Part shown: in pieces, positions 1 through 14,085 of the stretch | Layout of the letters: every line of letters begins with the position of its first letter | How positions within the stretch are numbered: the stretch's first letter is position 1 | Assembly: GCA_965223295.1 (NCBI GenBank) | Contig: CBDCWC010000002.1 | Span: 640,001 to 704,000 of the forward strand | Reading direction: 5' to 3' | Length of the DNA: 64,000 nucleotides | DNA from: Nitrospirales bacterium | GTDB taxonomy: Bacteria; Nitrospirota; Nitrospiria; Nitrospirales; UBA8639 | Notes under the pieces: model-generated | What the model saw: only the letters and a program-made list of their open reading frames with translations | What the model was told of the DNA's origin: nothing | Database searches by the model: none | Program-made: the position numbers and the translations under genes

Positions 1-143
1 ATGGCAATAATAAGGGCTTCAGCATATTCTCTGACAATGGATTTTGTGGACGAAGCTTTGTCTTTGCCGACCGAAGTCTCAGGAGACGATTTTTCTAGGC
101 TGGAATTTGACGGTTCAGTTGGCTGCGGTTCGTGATCGGCCAT
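1..143 (-). CDS. lepB: Signal peptidase I, N-terminal part (runs off window start)
   Basis: Manual translation from ATG at 143: MADHEPQPTEPS...KSIVREYAEALIIA, a typical LepB N-terminus; lies directly downstream of lepA (classic lepA-lepB order). Not in ORF track. Confidence 0.8.
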   Translation of the reverse strand, partial: MADHEPQPTEPSNSSLEKSSPETSVGKDKASSTKSIVREYAEALIIA

Positions 144-150
144 CAGCAAC

Positions 151-1965
151 TCAACTCGGATCGGTTTTAAGAATGGCCAGAAAGGCTTCTTGGGGTACTT
201 CTACCCGTCCTATTTGTTTCATTCGCTTTTTCCCTTCTTTTTGCTTTTCCCATAATTTCCGTTTCCGGGAAATGTCTCCGCCATAACATTTGGCGGTCAC
301 ATTTTTCTTAATGGCTCCAATCGTCTCCCGCGCAATAATTCGCTTCCCAATGGCCGCTTGTATAGCAATCTCAAACATCTGTTTCGGAATCAATTCCTTC
401 ATTTTCTCAGCTAATTGGCGTCCACGAACCGTCACTTTGTCTTTATGGGCAATCATGGACAAGGCATCGATGGTTTCTCCATTCAATAGCAAGTCAAGTT
501 TCTCTAACTCAGATTTACGGTAGCCCAAGAGTTCATAGTCCAAAGAAGCATACCCTTGAGTGCGAGATTTCAAGCGATCATAGAAGTCTAACACAATTTC
601 ATTTAAAGGTAGCTCATAGGTCAACATGGCTCGAGTGGGATCAAGATAGGTTAATTCAATCTGAATTCCTCGCCGTTCCTGACAAAGCTGGAGAATATTT
701 CCGATATACTTCTCCGGAACGATAATCGTGGCCTTAATAAAGGGTTCTTCAATATGCTCAATATGAGAAGGGTCAGGAAGTTTAGATGGATTATCAATAT
801 CGATCACGTTTCCTGTGGTCGTATAGACTCGATACACGACAGTCGGAGCAGTACTGATAAGATCAAGACCATATTCTCGTTCGAGACGTTCCCGAATAAT
901 CTCCATATGAAGCAAGCCCAAAAATCCGCAGCGAAAACCAAAACCTAACGCCAGAGATGTTTCCGGTTCATAATCAAAAGAGGAATCATTGAGTTGTAAC
1001 TTTTCCAATGAATCACGAAGATCTTCAAATTTGGCATTGTCTGTCGTATAGAGTCCGCAAAAAACTACAGGTTTGACATCCCGATAACCCGGTAAAGGCT
1101 CGGAAGCAGGATGCTTAGCCTCGGTAATGGTATCGCCGATCTTGGTGTCGGACAGTTCCTTCATACCAGCACAAATATATCCCACTTCCCCGGGAGCTAA
1201 TTGAGGGACTTTGGTGCGCTTTGGCGAAAAGGTCCCGACTTCCAAGACTTCAAATTCTCGTCCTGACGACATCATTTTAATCGTCATATTTTGACGGATC
1301 GTTCCATCCATCACTCTCAACAGCACAATGGCACCTTGATAATTGTCAAACCAGGAATCAAAAATTAAGGCTTTTAAGGGCTCTTCTGATCGACCTATTG
1401 GTGCAGGAATAATATCAACCAGACCTTCGAGCACCTCCCGTACGCCTCGCCCGTCCTTGGCGCTCACCAAAAAGGCTTCATGTTCGGTCAGACCCAACAC
1501 ATCACGTATTTGTGTTTTCACACCGTCGACGTCTGCACTGGCTAAATCGATTTTGTTAATAACAGGAATAATGACTAAATCATTGGCTATGGCCAGGTAC
1601 GCATTAGCAATGGTTTGGGCTTCCACCCCCTGCGTCGCATCAATGAGTAAGAGTGCACCTTCACAAGCGGCTAGACTCCGAGACACCTCATAGGCAAAAT
1701 CAACATGTCCGGGCGTGTCGATCAAATTGAAGAGATAATTTTCTCCATTGGAGGTGTGAAATTCGGTGGTCACCGCATGCGCTTTTATGGTAATCCCACG
1801 TTCCCGTTCTAAATCCATATCATCGAGATACTGCGCGCGAAACTCACGTTGAGACACGGCTCCAGTCATTTCCAAAAACCGATCGGCCAATGTGGATTTG
1901 CCGTGGTCAATATGGGCAATAATAGAGAAATTTCGTATGTGGGTTTGCGGGAAGGTCTTACGCAT
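151..1965 (-). CDS. lepA: Elongation factor 4 (LepA)
   Basis: [33 protein letters not shown]-terminal [13 protein letters not shown]. Confidence 0.98.
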   Translation of the reverse strand: MRKTFPQTHIRNFSIIAHIDHGKSTLADRFLEMTGAVSQREFRAQYLDDMDLERERGITIKAHAVTTEFHTSNGENYLFNLIDTPGHVDFAYEVSRSLAACEGALLLIDATQGVEAQTIANAYLAIANDLVIIPVINKIDLASADVDGVKTQIRDVLGLTEHEAFLVSAKDGRGVREVLEGLVDIIPAPIGRSEEPLKALIFDSWFDNYQGAIVLLRVMDGTIRQNMTIKMMSSGREFEVLEVGTFSPKRTKVPQLAPGEVGYICAGMKELSDTKIGDTITEAKHPASEPLPGYRDVKPVVFCGLYTTDNAKFEDLRDSLEKLQLNDSSFDYEPETSLALGFGFRCGFLGLLHMEIIRERLEREYGLDLISTAPTVVYRVYTTTGNVIDIDNPSKLPDPSHIEHIEEPFIKATIIVPEKYIGNILQLCQERRGIQIELTYLDPTRAMLTYELPLNEIVLDFYDRLKSRTQGYASLDYELLGYRKSELEKLDLLLNGETIDALSMIAHKDKVTVRGRQLAEKMKELIPKQMFEIAIQAAIGKRIIARETIGAIKKNVTAKCYGGDISRKRKLWEKQKEGKKRMKQIGRVEVPQEAFLAILKTDPS

Positions 1966-2050
1966 TCAGAATGTCTAGGATTGTAGTGAGGCTTCAAAAG
2001 GTTGTCAAAACATTGAACATAAATTTTAAAGGTCTCCCCAAGCTCATACC

Positions 2051-3442
2051 ATGAAACACCACCCAACCAGCCAACAGTTGCAAAACGATGATCGCCAGTA
2101 CCTCTGGCATCCTTTTACACCCATGCAGGAATGGGAACAGCATACGCCCCTGATCATTGAAAAGGGGAAAGGTTCGTATGTCTACGATCTTGAGGGTAAT
2201 CAGTATTTAGATGGGACTTCATCTATTTGGGTGAATCTCCATGGACATCGTCACCCAGTTCTTGATCAAGCGATTCGTCAGCAACTTCAAAAAGTCGCGC
2301 ATTCCACACTTCTAGGTCTTTCGAACCCTCCTGCGATTCAATTAGCGAAAGCATTAGTTCGATTGGCACCAAAAGGACTCACCAAAGTCTTTTATTCTGA
2401 TAATGGGTCTACGGCTGTTGAAATTGCCTTAAAAATGGCCATTCAATATTGGCAGCAACGTACTGCACCTCAACCTCACAAAACGCAATTTATCCACTTA
2501 GGCCTGGCGTATCATGGTGATACGGTTGGGGGAATGAGTGTCAGTGGCATTGAATTATTCCAAAAGCCTTTTTCAACACTTGTCTTTTCCGGCCGCCATC
2601 ATATTGAGGCGCCGTACTGCTACCGATGTCCTCTGCATCTACAATTCCCTCAATGTCAGACAGCTTGCGTTGATCCGCTGGAAACATTTCTTCAAGCCAA
2701 TCATGAAAAAATTGCTGGGATTATTATAGAACCAATGGTGCAAGGCGTGGCAGGGCTCATTCCCTCCCCTCCTGGATATCTGACACGTGTTCATCAACTC
2801 TGTCGGCAATATCAGGTGTTATTGATTGCCGATGAAGTCGCGACTGGATTTGGCCGAACGGGACGGATGTTTGCCTGTGAACATGAATCCGTGACTCCAG
2901 ATTTGATGGCCGTAGCCAAAGGATTAACCGGGGGCTATCTTCCTTTAGCGGCCACTCTCACCACTGATGAAATATATTCGGCATTTCTAGGAGAGCCCCA
3001 TGAAGGCAAAACATTCTTTCATGGCCATAGTTATTCGGGCAATCCATTGGGTTGTGCAGCCGCCTTGGCGAATCTTTCTATTTTTAAACGTGAGAGAACA
3101 TTACAAAAAATACGAAGCCGCCTGCCAAAATTTTCGCAATTTCTCGAATCACTATCACAAGACCCATGGGTTGGAGATATTCGTCAATGCGGATATATGG
3201 TGGGCATCGAGTTAGTTCAGGATCCACACACCAAAACACCGTTTCCCCCTGAAGATCGCATGGGCCAGCGAGTGGGCATCACTGCCCGGACCCTTGGTCT
3301 GCTCATTCGGCCAATTGGCAATACAATGATTCTTATGCCTCCTCTGTCAGCTACCCTTCAAGAATTAAAACAAATGGTTGATATTCTCAAAATGTCAATT
3401 GCCATCATTCGTCAAGCAAGCACATGTAAGGCAGATGCTTAG
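2051..3442 (+). CDS. bioA: Adenosylmethionine-8-amino-7-oxononanoate aminotransferase
   Basis: LWHPFT, YSDNGSTAVEIALKMA, YHGDT, DEVATGFGRTG, AKGLTGGYLP, HGHSYSGNP. Confidence 0.93.
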   Translation: MKHHPTSQQLQNDDRQYLWHPFTPMQEWEQHTPLIIEKGKGSYVYDLEGNQYLDGTSSIWVNLHGHRHPVLDQAIRQQLQKVAHSTLLGLSNPPAIQLAKALVRLAPKGLTKVFYSDNGSTAVEIALKMAIQYWQQRTAPQPHKTQFIHLGLAYHGDTVGGMSVSGIELFQKPFSTLVFSGRHHIEAPYCYRCPLHLQFPQCQTACVDPLETFLQANHEKIAGIIIEPMVQGVAGLIPSPPGYLTRVHQLCRQYQVLLIADEVATGFGRTGRMFACEHESVTPDLMAVAKGLTGGYLPLAATLTTDEIYSAFLGEPHEGKTFFHGHSYSGNPLGCAAALANLSIFKRERTLQKIRSRLPKFSQFLESLSQDPWVGDIRQCGYMVGIELVQDPHTKTPFPPEDRMGQRVGITARTLGLLIRPIGNTMILMPPLSATLQELKQMVDILKMSIAIIRQASTCKADA

Positions 3443-3484
3443 TATGCGATGACTTTATGTCCTGTCGTCCAGAAAAAACTCTAT

Positions 3485-4285
3485 CTAGATCAGTTCCACT
3501 CGTTGTCCCACTTGCAAATCACAACGATCGACGGCACGACCTTGTTTAATAAAAATTTCAAGATACCCATTACTGTTGATTAACATTTCAGGCAAGCCAG
3601 TGGCCCCTTCGCCATAATAGGTTTTGAAGTCTTTAATGGTGAAAGCTCCAACTCTGAGACCCGCGCAGTCTTGTTTTGTCACAGAACGAAAGGTCTCGAT
3701 ATCAGAAGGCGTGATGTCGGTAATGGCATTCCCAAAATGATCAATATAGATGATGCGCCCCTGAAGGACCTGCTGATTCATTTTCGGCGGGTCTTCAGGA
3801 AGGGTGACATGGTCATAGACCAATCGTCCGTACGAGCCAGGGACTTGGCCTTTGGTCAACCAAGCAGCCGACGGTGCAAACAAGTCCCGTCCATCAAATG
3901 TGGCCCCGGCTGAATCCAGCCGATATTGTTTATTTTCGATGGCTCGTACCTCAACAGACGCTTCTTCTTTTAACACGTAACTTAAGACGCCATTATCTGG
4001 CGCAATAAAAAAATAACGCGAAGTTGAAACCAGTAATGCCCGTCGATCGCTTCCCACATCTGGATCCACGACGACGACATGAACGGTGCCATCGGGGTAA
4101 TATTGATAACAAGATTTCAAAAAAAACGCCGCTTGCTGGATCCCATGGGGAGGAATGCGATGAGTAAGATCCAGGATACGGGTTTGCGGGTTAATGCCCA
4201 GTATGACTCCTTTCATGCTGGGAACAAAGTAATCCGATTCTCCAAAATCTGTGAGAAGAGTGACCAAGGAAATCGCTGAAGGCAT
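3485..4285 (-). CDS. DUF62 / SAM hydroxide adenosyltransferase family (SAM-dependent halogenase superfamily)
   Basis: TLLTDFG, VHVVVVDPDVGSDRR, APDNG, TFDGRDLFAP, YIDHFGNAIT, NSNGYLEI. Confidence 0.88.
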   Translation of the reverse strand: MPSAISLVTLLTDFGESDYFVPSMKGVILGINPQTRILDLTHRIPPHGIQQAAFFLKSCYQYYPDGTVHVVVVDPDVGSDRRALLVSTSRYFFIAPDNGVLSYVLKEEASVEVRAIENKQYRLDSAGATFDGRDLFAPSAAWLTKGQVPGSYGRLVYDHVTLPEDPPKMNQQVLQGRIIYIDHFGNAITDITPSDIETFRSVTKQDCAGLRVGAFTIKDFKTYYGEGATGLPEMLINSNGYLEIFIKQGRAVDRCDLQVGQRVELI

Positions 4286-4764
4286 TATTCCGGCTCCTCA
4301 AAACAGATGGATTGAATTTCATATTCAATCGCTCCCGCTGGCCGATGGACTTCGACAATGTCACCCACTCGGTGCCCAATCAGTGCTCGACCAATAGGCG
4401 ACTGAACCGAAATTGACCCATTCTTTAGATCTGCTTCTTCTTGGCCTACCAGGGTGTACCGCTTCTCTTCCTCGGTTTCCATATTCAATAACGTCACAGT
4501 CACTCCAAAGACAACGGTCTCACTGTCTCCACTCGTGATTTCGACAACCTGGGCACTGCCAAGTTTGTATTCCAGTTCGGCCATTCGGGTGTCAATAAAC
4601 TGTTGATGTTCTTTGGCTGCTTTGTATTCGGCATTTTCTTTCAAATCGCCATGTTCGCGTGCTTCCGTAATGGCTTGAATCACCTTGGGGCGTTCCTCTC
4701 GCCGCAAACGAGTCAGTTCGGCTTGTAAGGCTTCATAGCCTTTTTTAGTCATTGGAATATTCAT
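4285..4764 (-). CDS. greA: Transcription elongation factor GreA
   Basis: AREHGDLKENAEY, SISVQSPIGRALIG; follows carB as is common. Confidence 0.95.
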   Translation of the reverse strand: MNIPMTKKGYEALQAELTRLRREERPKVIQAITEAREHGDLKENAEYKAAKEHQQFIDTRMAELEYKLGSAQVVEITSGDSETVVFGVTVTLLNMETEEEKRYTLVGQEEADLKNGSISVQSPIGRALIGHRVGDIVEVHRPAGAIEYEIQSICFEEPE

Positions 4765-4850
4765 ACATTACCACTCCCCATAATGAACAAATAATTGGCT
4801 ATGGGCACCAATACATATTGGACATTCATCTTCAGAACTCAACATCATAC

Positions 4851-8147
<3,297 letters not shown>

Positions 8148-8170
8148 GGAGAAGTCTCAAGCAAGCCACA

Positions 8171-9052
8171 TTATAATGAGGCATCCGATGGCGCAGTTTT
8201 TTCTGTTGGCTCAGCCGACTCTGGCCGATAGAACCGCATTGCCTGTGGAATCCAGGCTTCGATTTGATTAATCCGCGTCACATCTGACGGATGCGTTGAC
8301 AAAAATTCAGGGACGGCATTTTGACTGCGGAAGCAAAACTTTCCGATCATTTTACGTGGACAACCGCTCATGCGTTCCCAAAACGGAACGGCTTCCCGTG
8401 GGTCATAGCCAGCCTTGGCCATTAATTGCAATCCAACAAAATCCGCTTCGGTTTCTTGAGCACGAGAATTTGGCAAGGCCACACCCACTCCATAGGCGCT
8501 CATGGCTCCAATTGCCACACCAGGATCGATACCTCCTGCAGCCGCTCCGGCTAACGCACCAAGATTCGCAATTTGTTCGATGATGCCTCGGCTATATCGC
8601 TCGGCGCCATGGCGCTGTAGTGCATGAGCGACTTCATGAGCCATCACAGTCGCTAGCCCAGCCTCGGTTTCTGTGTACTTTAACAGTCCGGTAAACACCG
8701 CAACTTTTCCACCTGGAAGGGCGAATGCGTTGATTTGCTCATCATCATCGATAACCGCAAACTCCCAAACATACTCAGGCTTATTGGCAACTTTGGCAAT
8801 GCGTTGCCCGATTCGATTGACCATCAGAGTAATTTCTGGATCCCGGCTAAGCGGAGCGTTTTTCAGCACTTCCCGAAACGCCGATAGGCCTAAGGCAATT
8901 TCCTTTTCTTCAGAAATATAAATGAGTTGATCTCGTGCCGTCCCAGGAGCTTTTTGACAGGCAAAAATAAGCAAACAAGCGATTCCGAGACAGCCAGCTC
9001 TGACTATACTCAATTTGTGATAAACCTCTGGTCTAAACAGAATGTGATTCAT
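8171..9052 (-). CDS. M48 family zinc metallopeptidase, probable lipoprotein
   Basis: LIFAC lipobox-like, NAFALPGGK, HEVAH (HExxH), EAD..G, FLSTHPS. Confidence 0.9.
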   Translation of the reverse strand: MNHILFRPEVYHKLSIVRAGCLGIACLLIFACQKAPGTARDQLIYISEEKEIALGLSAFREVLKNAPLSRDPEITLMVNRIGQRIAKVANKPEYVWEFAVIDDDEQINAFALPGGKVAVFTGLLKYTETEAGLATVMAHEVAHALQRHGAERYSRGIIEQIANLGALAGAAAGGIDPGVAIGAMSAYGVGVALPNSRAQETEADFVGLQLMAKAGYDPREAVPFWERMSGCPRKMIGKFCFRSQNAVPEFLSTHPSDVTRINQIEAWIPQAMRFYRPESAEPTEKTAPSDASL

Positions 9053-9068
9053 TGAAAACGACTATCCT

Positions 9069-10037
9069 CTATGGAACCCACATATACATCATTTGTGGAG
9101 CTCCACCTTGTAGCAAGCCCAATACTGTGTTGACATTCATTGATGGAAATCCAATTTGCCCAACCGCAGGCGCTTTATACTGAGAATACATATTTTGATG
9201 CGTGTCAGGACTCTTTCGACTATAGGTTACAACCTGCGCATCGGTTAATTCAGCATCTTCTTTGGCACGTTCAATCGCATCGTCCAGATACCCGATCTCA
9301 TCAATGAGCCCATGGTCTTTAGCAAGATCAGCCGTATAGATTCGGCCATCGGCCAATTCTCGAATTTTTCCCTTGCTTAAGTTCGGCCGACCGTTCTCGA
9401 CAACTGTGAGAAAGCGTGCATAGAGCCGGTCTATCACGTCTTGAAAAATCTCGCGCTCATCATCGTTCATAGACCGAAATGGCGACCCCATAGATTTTTT
9501 GGGACCTGAAACGATGGCCGAAGGCTGAAGACCAACTTTTTCCAAAAGGCCTTCGGCGTTGACGGTCACCATGATCACGCCGATGCTCCCTGTTATCGTC
9601 GATGGATGAGCATAAATCGCGTCAGACGCCATGGCAACGTAGTAGCCGCCAGATGCACCGACATCCATGATGGAGGTAATAATCGGTATTTTGCGTTTCT
9701 GTTTAAACTCTTCAAGTTCATGATAGAGAATATCGGACGAGGTCACCGTTCCACCAGGAGTATTAATACGAAGGACAATGGCTTTCACATGTTTGTCTTT
9801 TTGAGCTTTGGTTAAAATTTCTTTCAAACGGGCAGGATGGCTGGGTTCTGAGAAAATTCCTGAATCTTTGCTTGTCGTCAAGGCTCCAGAAATATCAATG
9901 AGTAAAACTTTATCAGTCCCTTCACCTGAAATAGTCGTTTCCTGCAATTCGCCGTTTCCGGAAAAGAGATCAATGTGAATGCATCCGTTAGAAAGCAACA
10001 AAAACAGTGCCAATACCCAGCGTAATCTAACCTGCAT
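9069..10037 (-). CDS. sppA: Signal peptide peptidase SppA (S49), 36K type
   Basis: LRINTPGG, GASGGYYVA, TGSIGV; N-terminal lipobox-like SNGC. Confidence 0.9.
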   Translation of the reverse strand: MQVRLRWVLALFLLLSNGCIHIDLFSGNGELQETTISGEGTDKVLLIDISGALTTSKDSGIFSEPSHPARLKEILTKAQKDKHVKAIVLRINTPGGTVTSSDILYHELEEFKQKRKIPIITSIMDVGASGGYYVAMASDAIYAHPSTITGSIGVIMVTVNAEGLLEKVGLQPSAIVSGPKKSMGSPFRSMNDDEREIFQDVIDRLYARFLTVVENGRPNLSKGKIRELADGRIYTADLAKDHGLIDEIGYLDDAIERAKEDAELTDAQVVTYSRKSPDTHQNMYSQYKAPAVGQIGFPSMNVNTVLGLLQGGAPQMMYMWVP

Positions 10038-11220
10038 GTTTCTGCCCTTTCATCATGTCAATAAATTGTTGAAAAAGGTAAGAAGAATCATGAGGGCCAG
10101 GTGAGGCTTCAGGATGATACTGAACCGAAAGAATTGGACTATCCAGTCCCACCATGCCTTCACAACAACCATCATTGAGACTACGATGAGTCACTTCCAT
10201 CCGGCCAACGGAGGTATCAAAATATTGTGAGGCCCTGAACCCGGCGTCATCGCCTTTGTATGGAAGATCTACGGCAAAATTATGATTCTGTGAGGTAATT
10301 TCAATTTTTCTTGTCCGAAGATCCATCACAGGATGGTTGGCTCCATGATGCCCAAAGGGCAGCTTATGCGAGGTGAGCCCTAATGCCAGTCCTAAAATTT
10401 GATGCCCCAAACAAATACCAAATATCGGTTTCCACCCAAGAAGAGCTTTGACTGTCTGAACGGCATACGACACGCCTTCAGGGTCACCTGGACCGTTTGA
10501 GAGGAACACCCCATCTGGTTGCAATTGGCGAATGTCTTCTGCGCTTGTGGAAGCTGGAACGACCTGAACCTGGCATCCTACATCTACCAAGCTCCGAAGA
10601 ATATGATGCTTGACGCCAAAATCCAAGACCACAACCTTAAAAGAAGAAGGGCTTGGCGACGGTGGAGACGAAGAAACTCCATTTGTCGTAGAGCTGAGCG
10701 CACGGCTTCCCTCTGACCATTGATAAGAAGCGGCGCAGGACACTTCATGGACCAAATCTCGGCCAACCGTTGAAGGTGCCGCCTGTGCTTTTCCACATAA
10801 TGAGCTCTCATCAAAGTTTAAATGGGAAATGACTCCCATTTGGGAACCCTGGTCTCGGATATGACTGGTTAGCGCACGGGTATCAATGCCTTGAATACTC
10901 ACGATCTTGTGTTGGATCAAATAGTCTTCGAATGATTGACGCCCCCGCCAATTACTCATTCGTTTAGAGGCTTCCCGTACAATAAAGCCTTCGGCCCACA
11001 CTCGATGGGATTCATCATCTTCGGGTGTGACCCCATAATTGCCAATTTGTGTGCTAGTCATCAAGACAATTTGTCCTTTGTAGGAAGGATCCGTCAAAAT
11101 TTCTTGATACCCGGTCATCGCGGTATTAAAAACGACTTCTCCAACGGTTTCGCCTTCAAAGCCAAGAGCGTCTCCTTTAAATACGGTACCATCTGCTAAT
11201 GCAAGCATAGCCGATTTCAT
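10027..11220 (-). CDS. carA: Carbamoyl-phosphate synthase small subunit
   Basis: GEVVFNTAMTGYQEILTDPSY, LSNGPGDP, GICLGHQ, QYHPEASPGP. Confidence 0.97.
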   Translation of the reverse strand: MKSAMLALADGTVFKGDALGFEGETVGEVVFNTAMTGYQEILTDPSYKGQIVLMTSTQIGNYGVTPEDDESHRVWAEGFIVREASKRMSNWRGRQSFEDYLIQHKIVSIQGIDTRALTSHIRDQGSQMGVISHLNFDESSLCGKAQAAPSTVGRDLVHEVSCAASYQWSEGSRALSSTTNGVSSSPPSPSPSSFKVVVLDFGVKHHILRSLVDVGCQVQVVPASTSAEDIRQLQPDGVFLSNGPGDPEGVSYAVQTVKALLGWKPIFGICLGHQILGLALGLTSHKLPFGHHGANHPVMDLRTRKIEITSQNHNFAVDLPYKGDDAGFRASQYFDTSVGRMEVTHRSLNDGCCEGMVGLDSPILSVQYHPEASPGPHDSSYLFQQFIDMMKGQKHAG

Positions 11221-11277
11221 AGCAGGACCTTATTTTTTTTGTATGCATGAATGAGCTTGATAAAGAACAAAGACATT

Positions 11278-11811
11278 TTAGGAAGCCGTAGAAAGACGAT
11301 AAACCACCGTTTTTCGTAGTTTTAAAATGAATAAGGAAAACGCCAGCCCAACATTCACAAGATGAAGGGCTCGTACGATCATATGAAGGCGAAAGAATTG
11401 TGAATACGCTAATTCTTTTTGCTCTTTGGATATGGCCTCAAAGGCTTCCTCTTGGAGGGCAACGGCTTGAGGTCCTAAGACTCCTAAGATTCCCAGAGTA
11501 ACAATAACCATTCCCCCGAGAATCCACCATTCCCCTGCACTGACAGAAAATGGTTGGGAGACATCGTGGCCATAGGCCTGATAACGCAGAAATGCTAAAA
11601 GGCCCAACACACATAAAATGCCCAGATTTACATATCCGTAACCATCAAAAACGCGACGCAAGAAACGGCCAGCGGGTTCCATGCCAAAGGAATTAAACAC
11701 CGCGGGAATCACCACGGCAATAATCATCATCAAACCGCCCACCCATACGGTCAACGCGAACATTTCCGCAAAAAATCCTATCATTCCCCAATTCGTCCGC
11801 TTCTTAGCCAT
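11278..11811 (-). CDS. DUF4149-like membrane protein (about 4 TM helices)
   Basis: WVGG...PAVF...AGRFL...F...H pattern with four hydrophobic segments. Confidence 0.7.
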   Translation of the reverse strand: MAKKRTNWGMIGFFAEMFALTVWVGGLMMIIAVVIPAVFNSFGMEPAGRFLRRVFDGYGYVNLGILCVLGLLAFLRYQAYGHDVSQPFSVSAGEWWILGGMVIVTLGILGVLGPQAVALQEEAFEAISKEQKELAYSQFFRLHMIVRALHLVNVGLAFSLFILKLRKTVVYRLSTAS

Positions 11812-11814
11812 GAG

Positions 11815-13134
11815 TTAACGGCTATCATACACTAACTGACCCTCTACCAAGGTCATTTTAACTTTTCCCTTCATAGTCATGCCGCTAAACGGGGTATTCC
11901 GGCTTTTAGAGTGAAACTGATCGGGATCCACAACCCATTCTTCTTCGGCATCAAAGACCACAAGATCCGCCGCATTTCCCGGCGCCAGATTTCCTATGGG
12001 AAGGTTAAACAATTGGGCGGGCGCACGGGTCAACTTATCAAGTGCCTGTTCAAGAGACAACGTGCCATCATGGACCAAGCGAAGCGTTAACGGCAGTGCC
12101 GTTTCAAAGCCGACAATACCAAATGGCGCGGCATCAAACTCTAGTTGTTTTTCTTGAAGAGCATGAGGGGCATGATCGGTCGCAATGACATCTATCGTAC
12201 CATCCGTGAGGCCTTTCTTAAGAGCCACAATGTCTTCATCAGTTCGCAGAGGCGGATTCATTTTGGCATCAGCCTTGTAGCCCCGCACCGCTTCTTCGCT
12301 AATAGAAAAATGATGCGGGCAGACTTCTGCGCTAACCGGCAATCCTTGGGCTTTCGCATGACGCACCAATTCAACGGAACGTGCCGTACTTAAGTGAGCC
12401 AGATGGACTGTCACGCCTGTTAGTTCAGCCAAAGCCAGGTTGCGCGCCACCATGACCTCTTCGGAGGCATCAGGAATCCCCGGCATGCCTAATTCCGTCG
12501 AGACAACCCCTTCATTCATGCACCCACCATCCGTGAGGTGTAAGTCTTCACAGTGATCAACTACGGGTATCCCAAAGGCTTTGGCATATTCTAAGGCGCG
12601 GCGCATGACCAAGCTATTCATCACCGGACGTCCATCATCTGAAATAGCCACACAACCAGCCTCGACCAGTTCCCCAATATTTGCCAATTCTTCGCCGGCA
12701 GAACTTTTAGTAATAGCCCCAATGGGAAAAATACGAGCCTTTCCCGCCTGTTCACCTTTGGTCAGCATAAACTGAGTGATTGCGGCATTATCGTTAACAG
12801 GTTGCGTGTTTGGCATACAGCAAATAGACGTAAATCCACCGGCCACAGCCGAGGCGGATCCAGTGGCAATCGTTTCCTTATATTCAAAGCCCGGCTCCCG
12901 CAGATGACAATGCAGGTCCACCAATCCCGGCGACACGATCCAACCCCTGGCATCCAAGATCATGAGGGAAGGATCTTCCGCCGCCGCATGTTTCAGCGGA
13001 TGACCGATTTCAATGATTTTTCCATTTTGGATGAGCACGTCAGCCCGTTTGTTCACATGGCCAGGATCAATGACCGTTCCGCCTTGAATACAAATAATTC
13101 GAGATTGCGTAGGTTGAGATGAGAGGTTCTTCAT
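11815..13134 (-). CDS. pyrC: Dihydroorotase
   Basis: PGLVDLHCHLREPG, MPNT, KMNPPLR, ATDHAPH, SKSRNTPF. Confidence 0.95.
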   Translation of the reverse strand: MKNLSSQPTQSRIICIQGGTVIDPGHVNKRADVLIQNGKIIEIGHPLKHAAAEDPSLMILDARGWIVSPGLVDLHCHLREPGFEYKETIATGSASAVAGGFTSICCMPNTQPVNDNAAITQFMLTKGEQAGKARIFPIGAITKSSAGEELANIGELVEAGCVAISDDGRPVMNSLVMRRALEYAKAFGIPVVDHCEDLHLTDGGCMNEGVVSTELGMPGIPDASEEVMVARNLALAELTGVTVHLAHLSTARSVELVRHAKAQGLPVSAEVCPHHFSISEEAVRGYKADAKMNPPLRTDEDIVALKKGLTDGTIDVIATDHAPHALQEKQLEFDAAPFGIVGFETALPLTLRLVHDGTLSLEQALDKLTRAPAQLFNLPIGNLAPGNAADLVVFDAEEEWVVDPDQFHSKSRNTPFSGMTMKGKVKMTLVEGQLVYDSR

Positions 13135-13156
13135 AATTTCCTAATTCTGAAAAAGG

Positions 13157-14077
13157 TTAGGCAGAGCCCGATAATAAATACATTAAGGCCATTCGCACCG
13201 ACACGCCGTTGGTGACTTGATCCAAGATAACGGCTGAGGAGCTATCGGCAACTGCAGGGGAAATTTCGACTCCTCGATTTAAGGGACCGGGATGCATGAC
13301 GATAGCTTCAGGCTTAGCCAGCTTCAGCCGTTCTGCAGTCAGACAAAATAAAGTGGCATATTCTCGAATACTAGGCAGCAGGGCCCGCCCCAACCGTTCT
13401 CGCTGTAGCCGCAGCATCATGATGACATCTGCTCCAATTAACGCCTCGTCAAATTGGAAATACACGTTGGCTCCCAGCCGTTCAACAGAGAGGGGTAACA
13501 TGGTGGGCGGGGCGACAACTCGTACCTCCGCGCCCATTTTTGTTAAGGCCACAATATTTGATCGTGCCACCCGGCTGTGAGCCACATCGCCCACGATCAC
13601 AACAGTCAACCCTTCAACCTTTTCTTTCTTCTCTTTAATCGTATAGAGATCTAACAGCGCTTGTGTAGGATGTTCATGCCAGCCATCACCGGCATTGATG
13701 ACGGACGATTGAACAAAACGAGCCAAATGCTCGGCCGCACCAGGCGAAGAATGCCGCAATACAATAATATCAGCTTGCATGGATTCAATATTTCTGGCCG
13801 TATCAATCAGCGTTTCCCCTTTCACGACACTGCTGGTGGAGGGAGAAAAATTAATTACATCCGCACTCAACCGCTTGGCCGCCAACTCAAACGAAGTGCG
13901 AGTGCGGGTGCTTGGCTCAAAAAACAAATTCACGACGGTTTTTCCACGGAGAGCCGGGACTTTTTTGATATCCCGTCCGCCGACTTCTTTCAACGATTCG
14001 GCTGTCGAAAGCACAGACTCAATCTCTTCAACCGATAGGTCGGCAATGGTCAACACATCTTTGCGTTTCAAGCCCAT
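13157..14077 (-). CDS. pyrB: Aspartate carbamoyltransferase catalytic subunit
   Basis: FFEPSTRTRTSF, NAGDGWHEHPTQ, HPGPLNRG. Confidence 0.97.
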   Translation of the reverse strand: MGLKRKDVLTIADLSVEEIESVLSTAESLKEVGGRDIKKVPALRGKTVVNLFFEPSTRTRTSFELAAKRLSADVINFSPSTSSVVKGETLIDTARNIESMQADIIVLRHSSPGAAEHLARFVQSSVINAGDGWHEHPTQALLDLYTIKEKKEKVEGLTVVIVGDVAHSRVARSNIVALTKMGAEVRVVAPPTMLPLSVERLGANVYFQFDEALIGADVIMMLRLQRERLGRALLPSIREYATLFCLTAERLKLAKPEAIVMHPGPLNRGVEISPAVADSSSAVILDQVTNGVSVRMALMYLLSGSA

Positions 14078-14085
14078 AGGCCCTG

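Noticed and set aside
3485-4285. Calling the DUF62 gene a true fluorinase/chlorinase
   Set aside because: It keeps the GRD motif and size of the hydrolase branch and has no halometabolite genes nearby; activity left unassigned.
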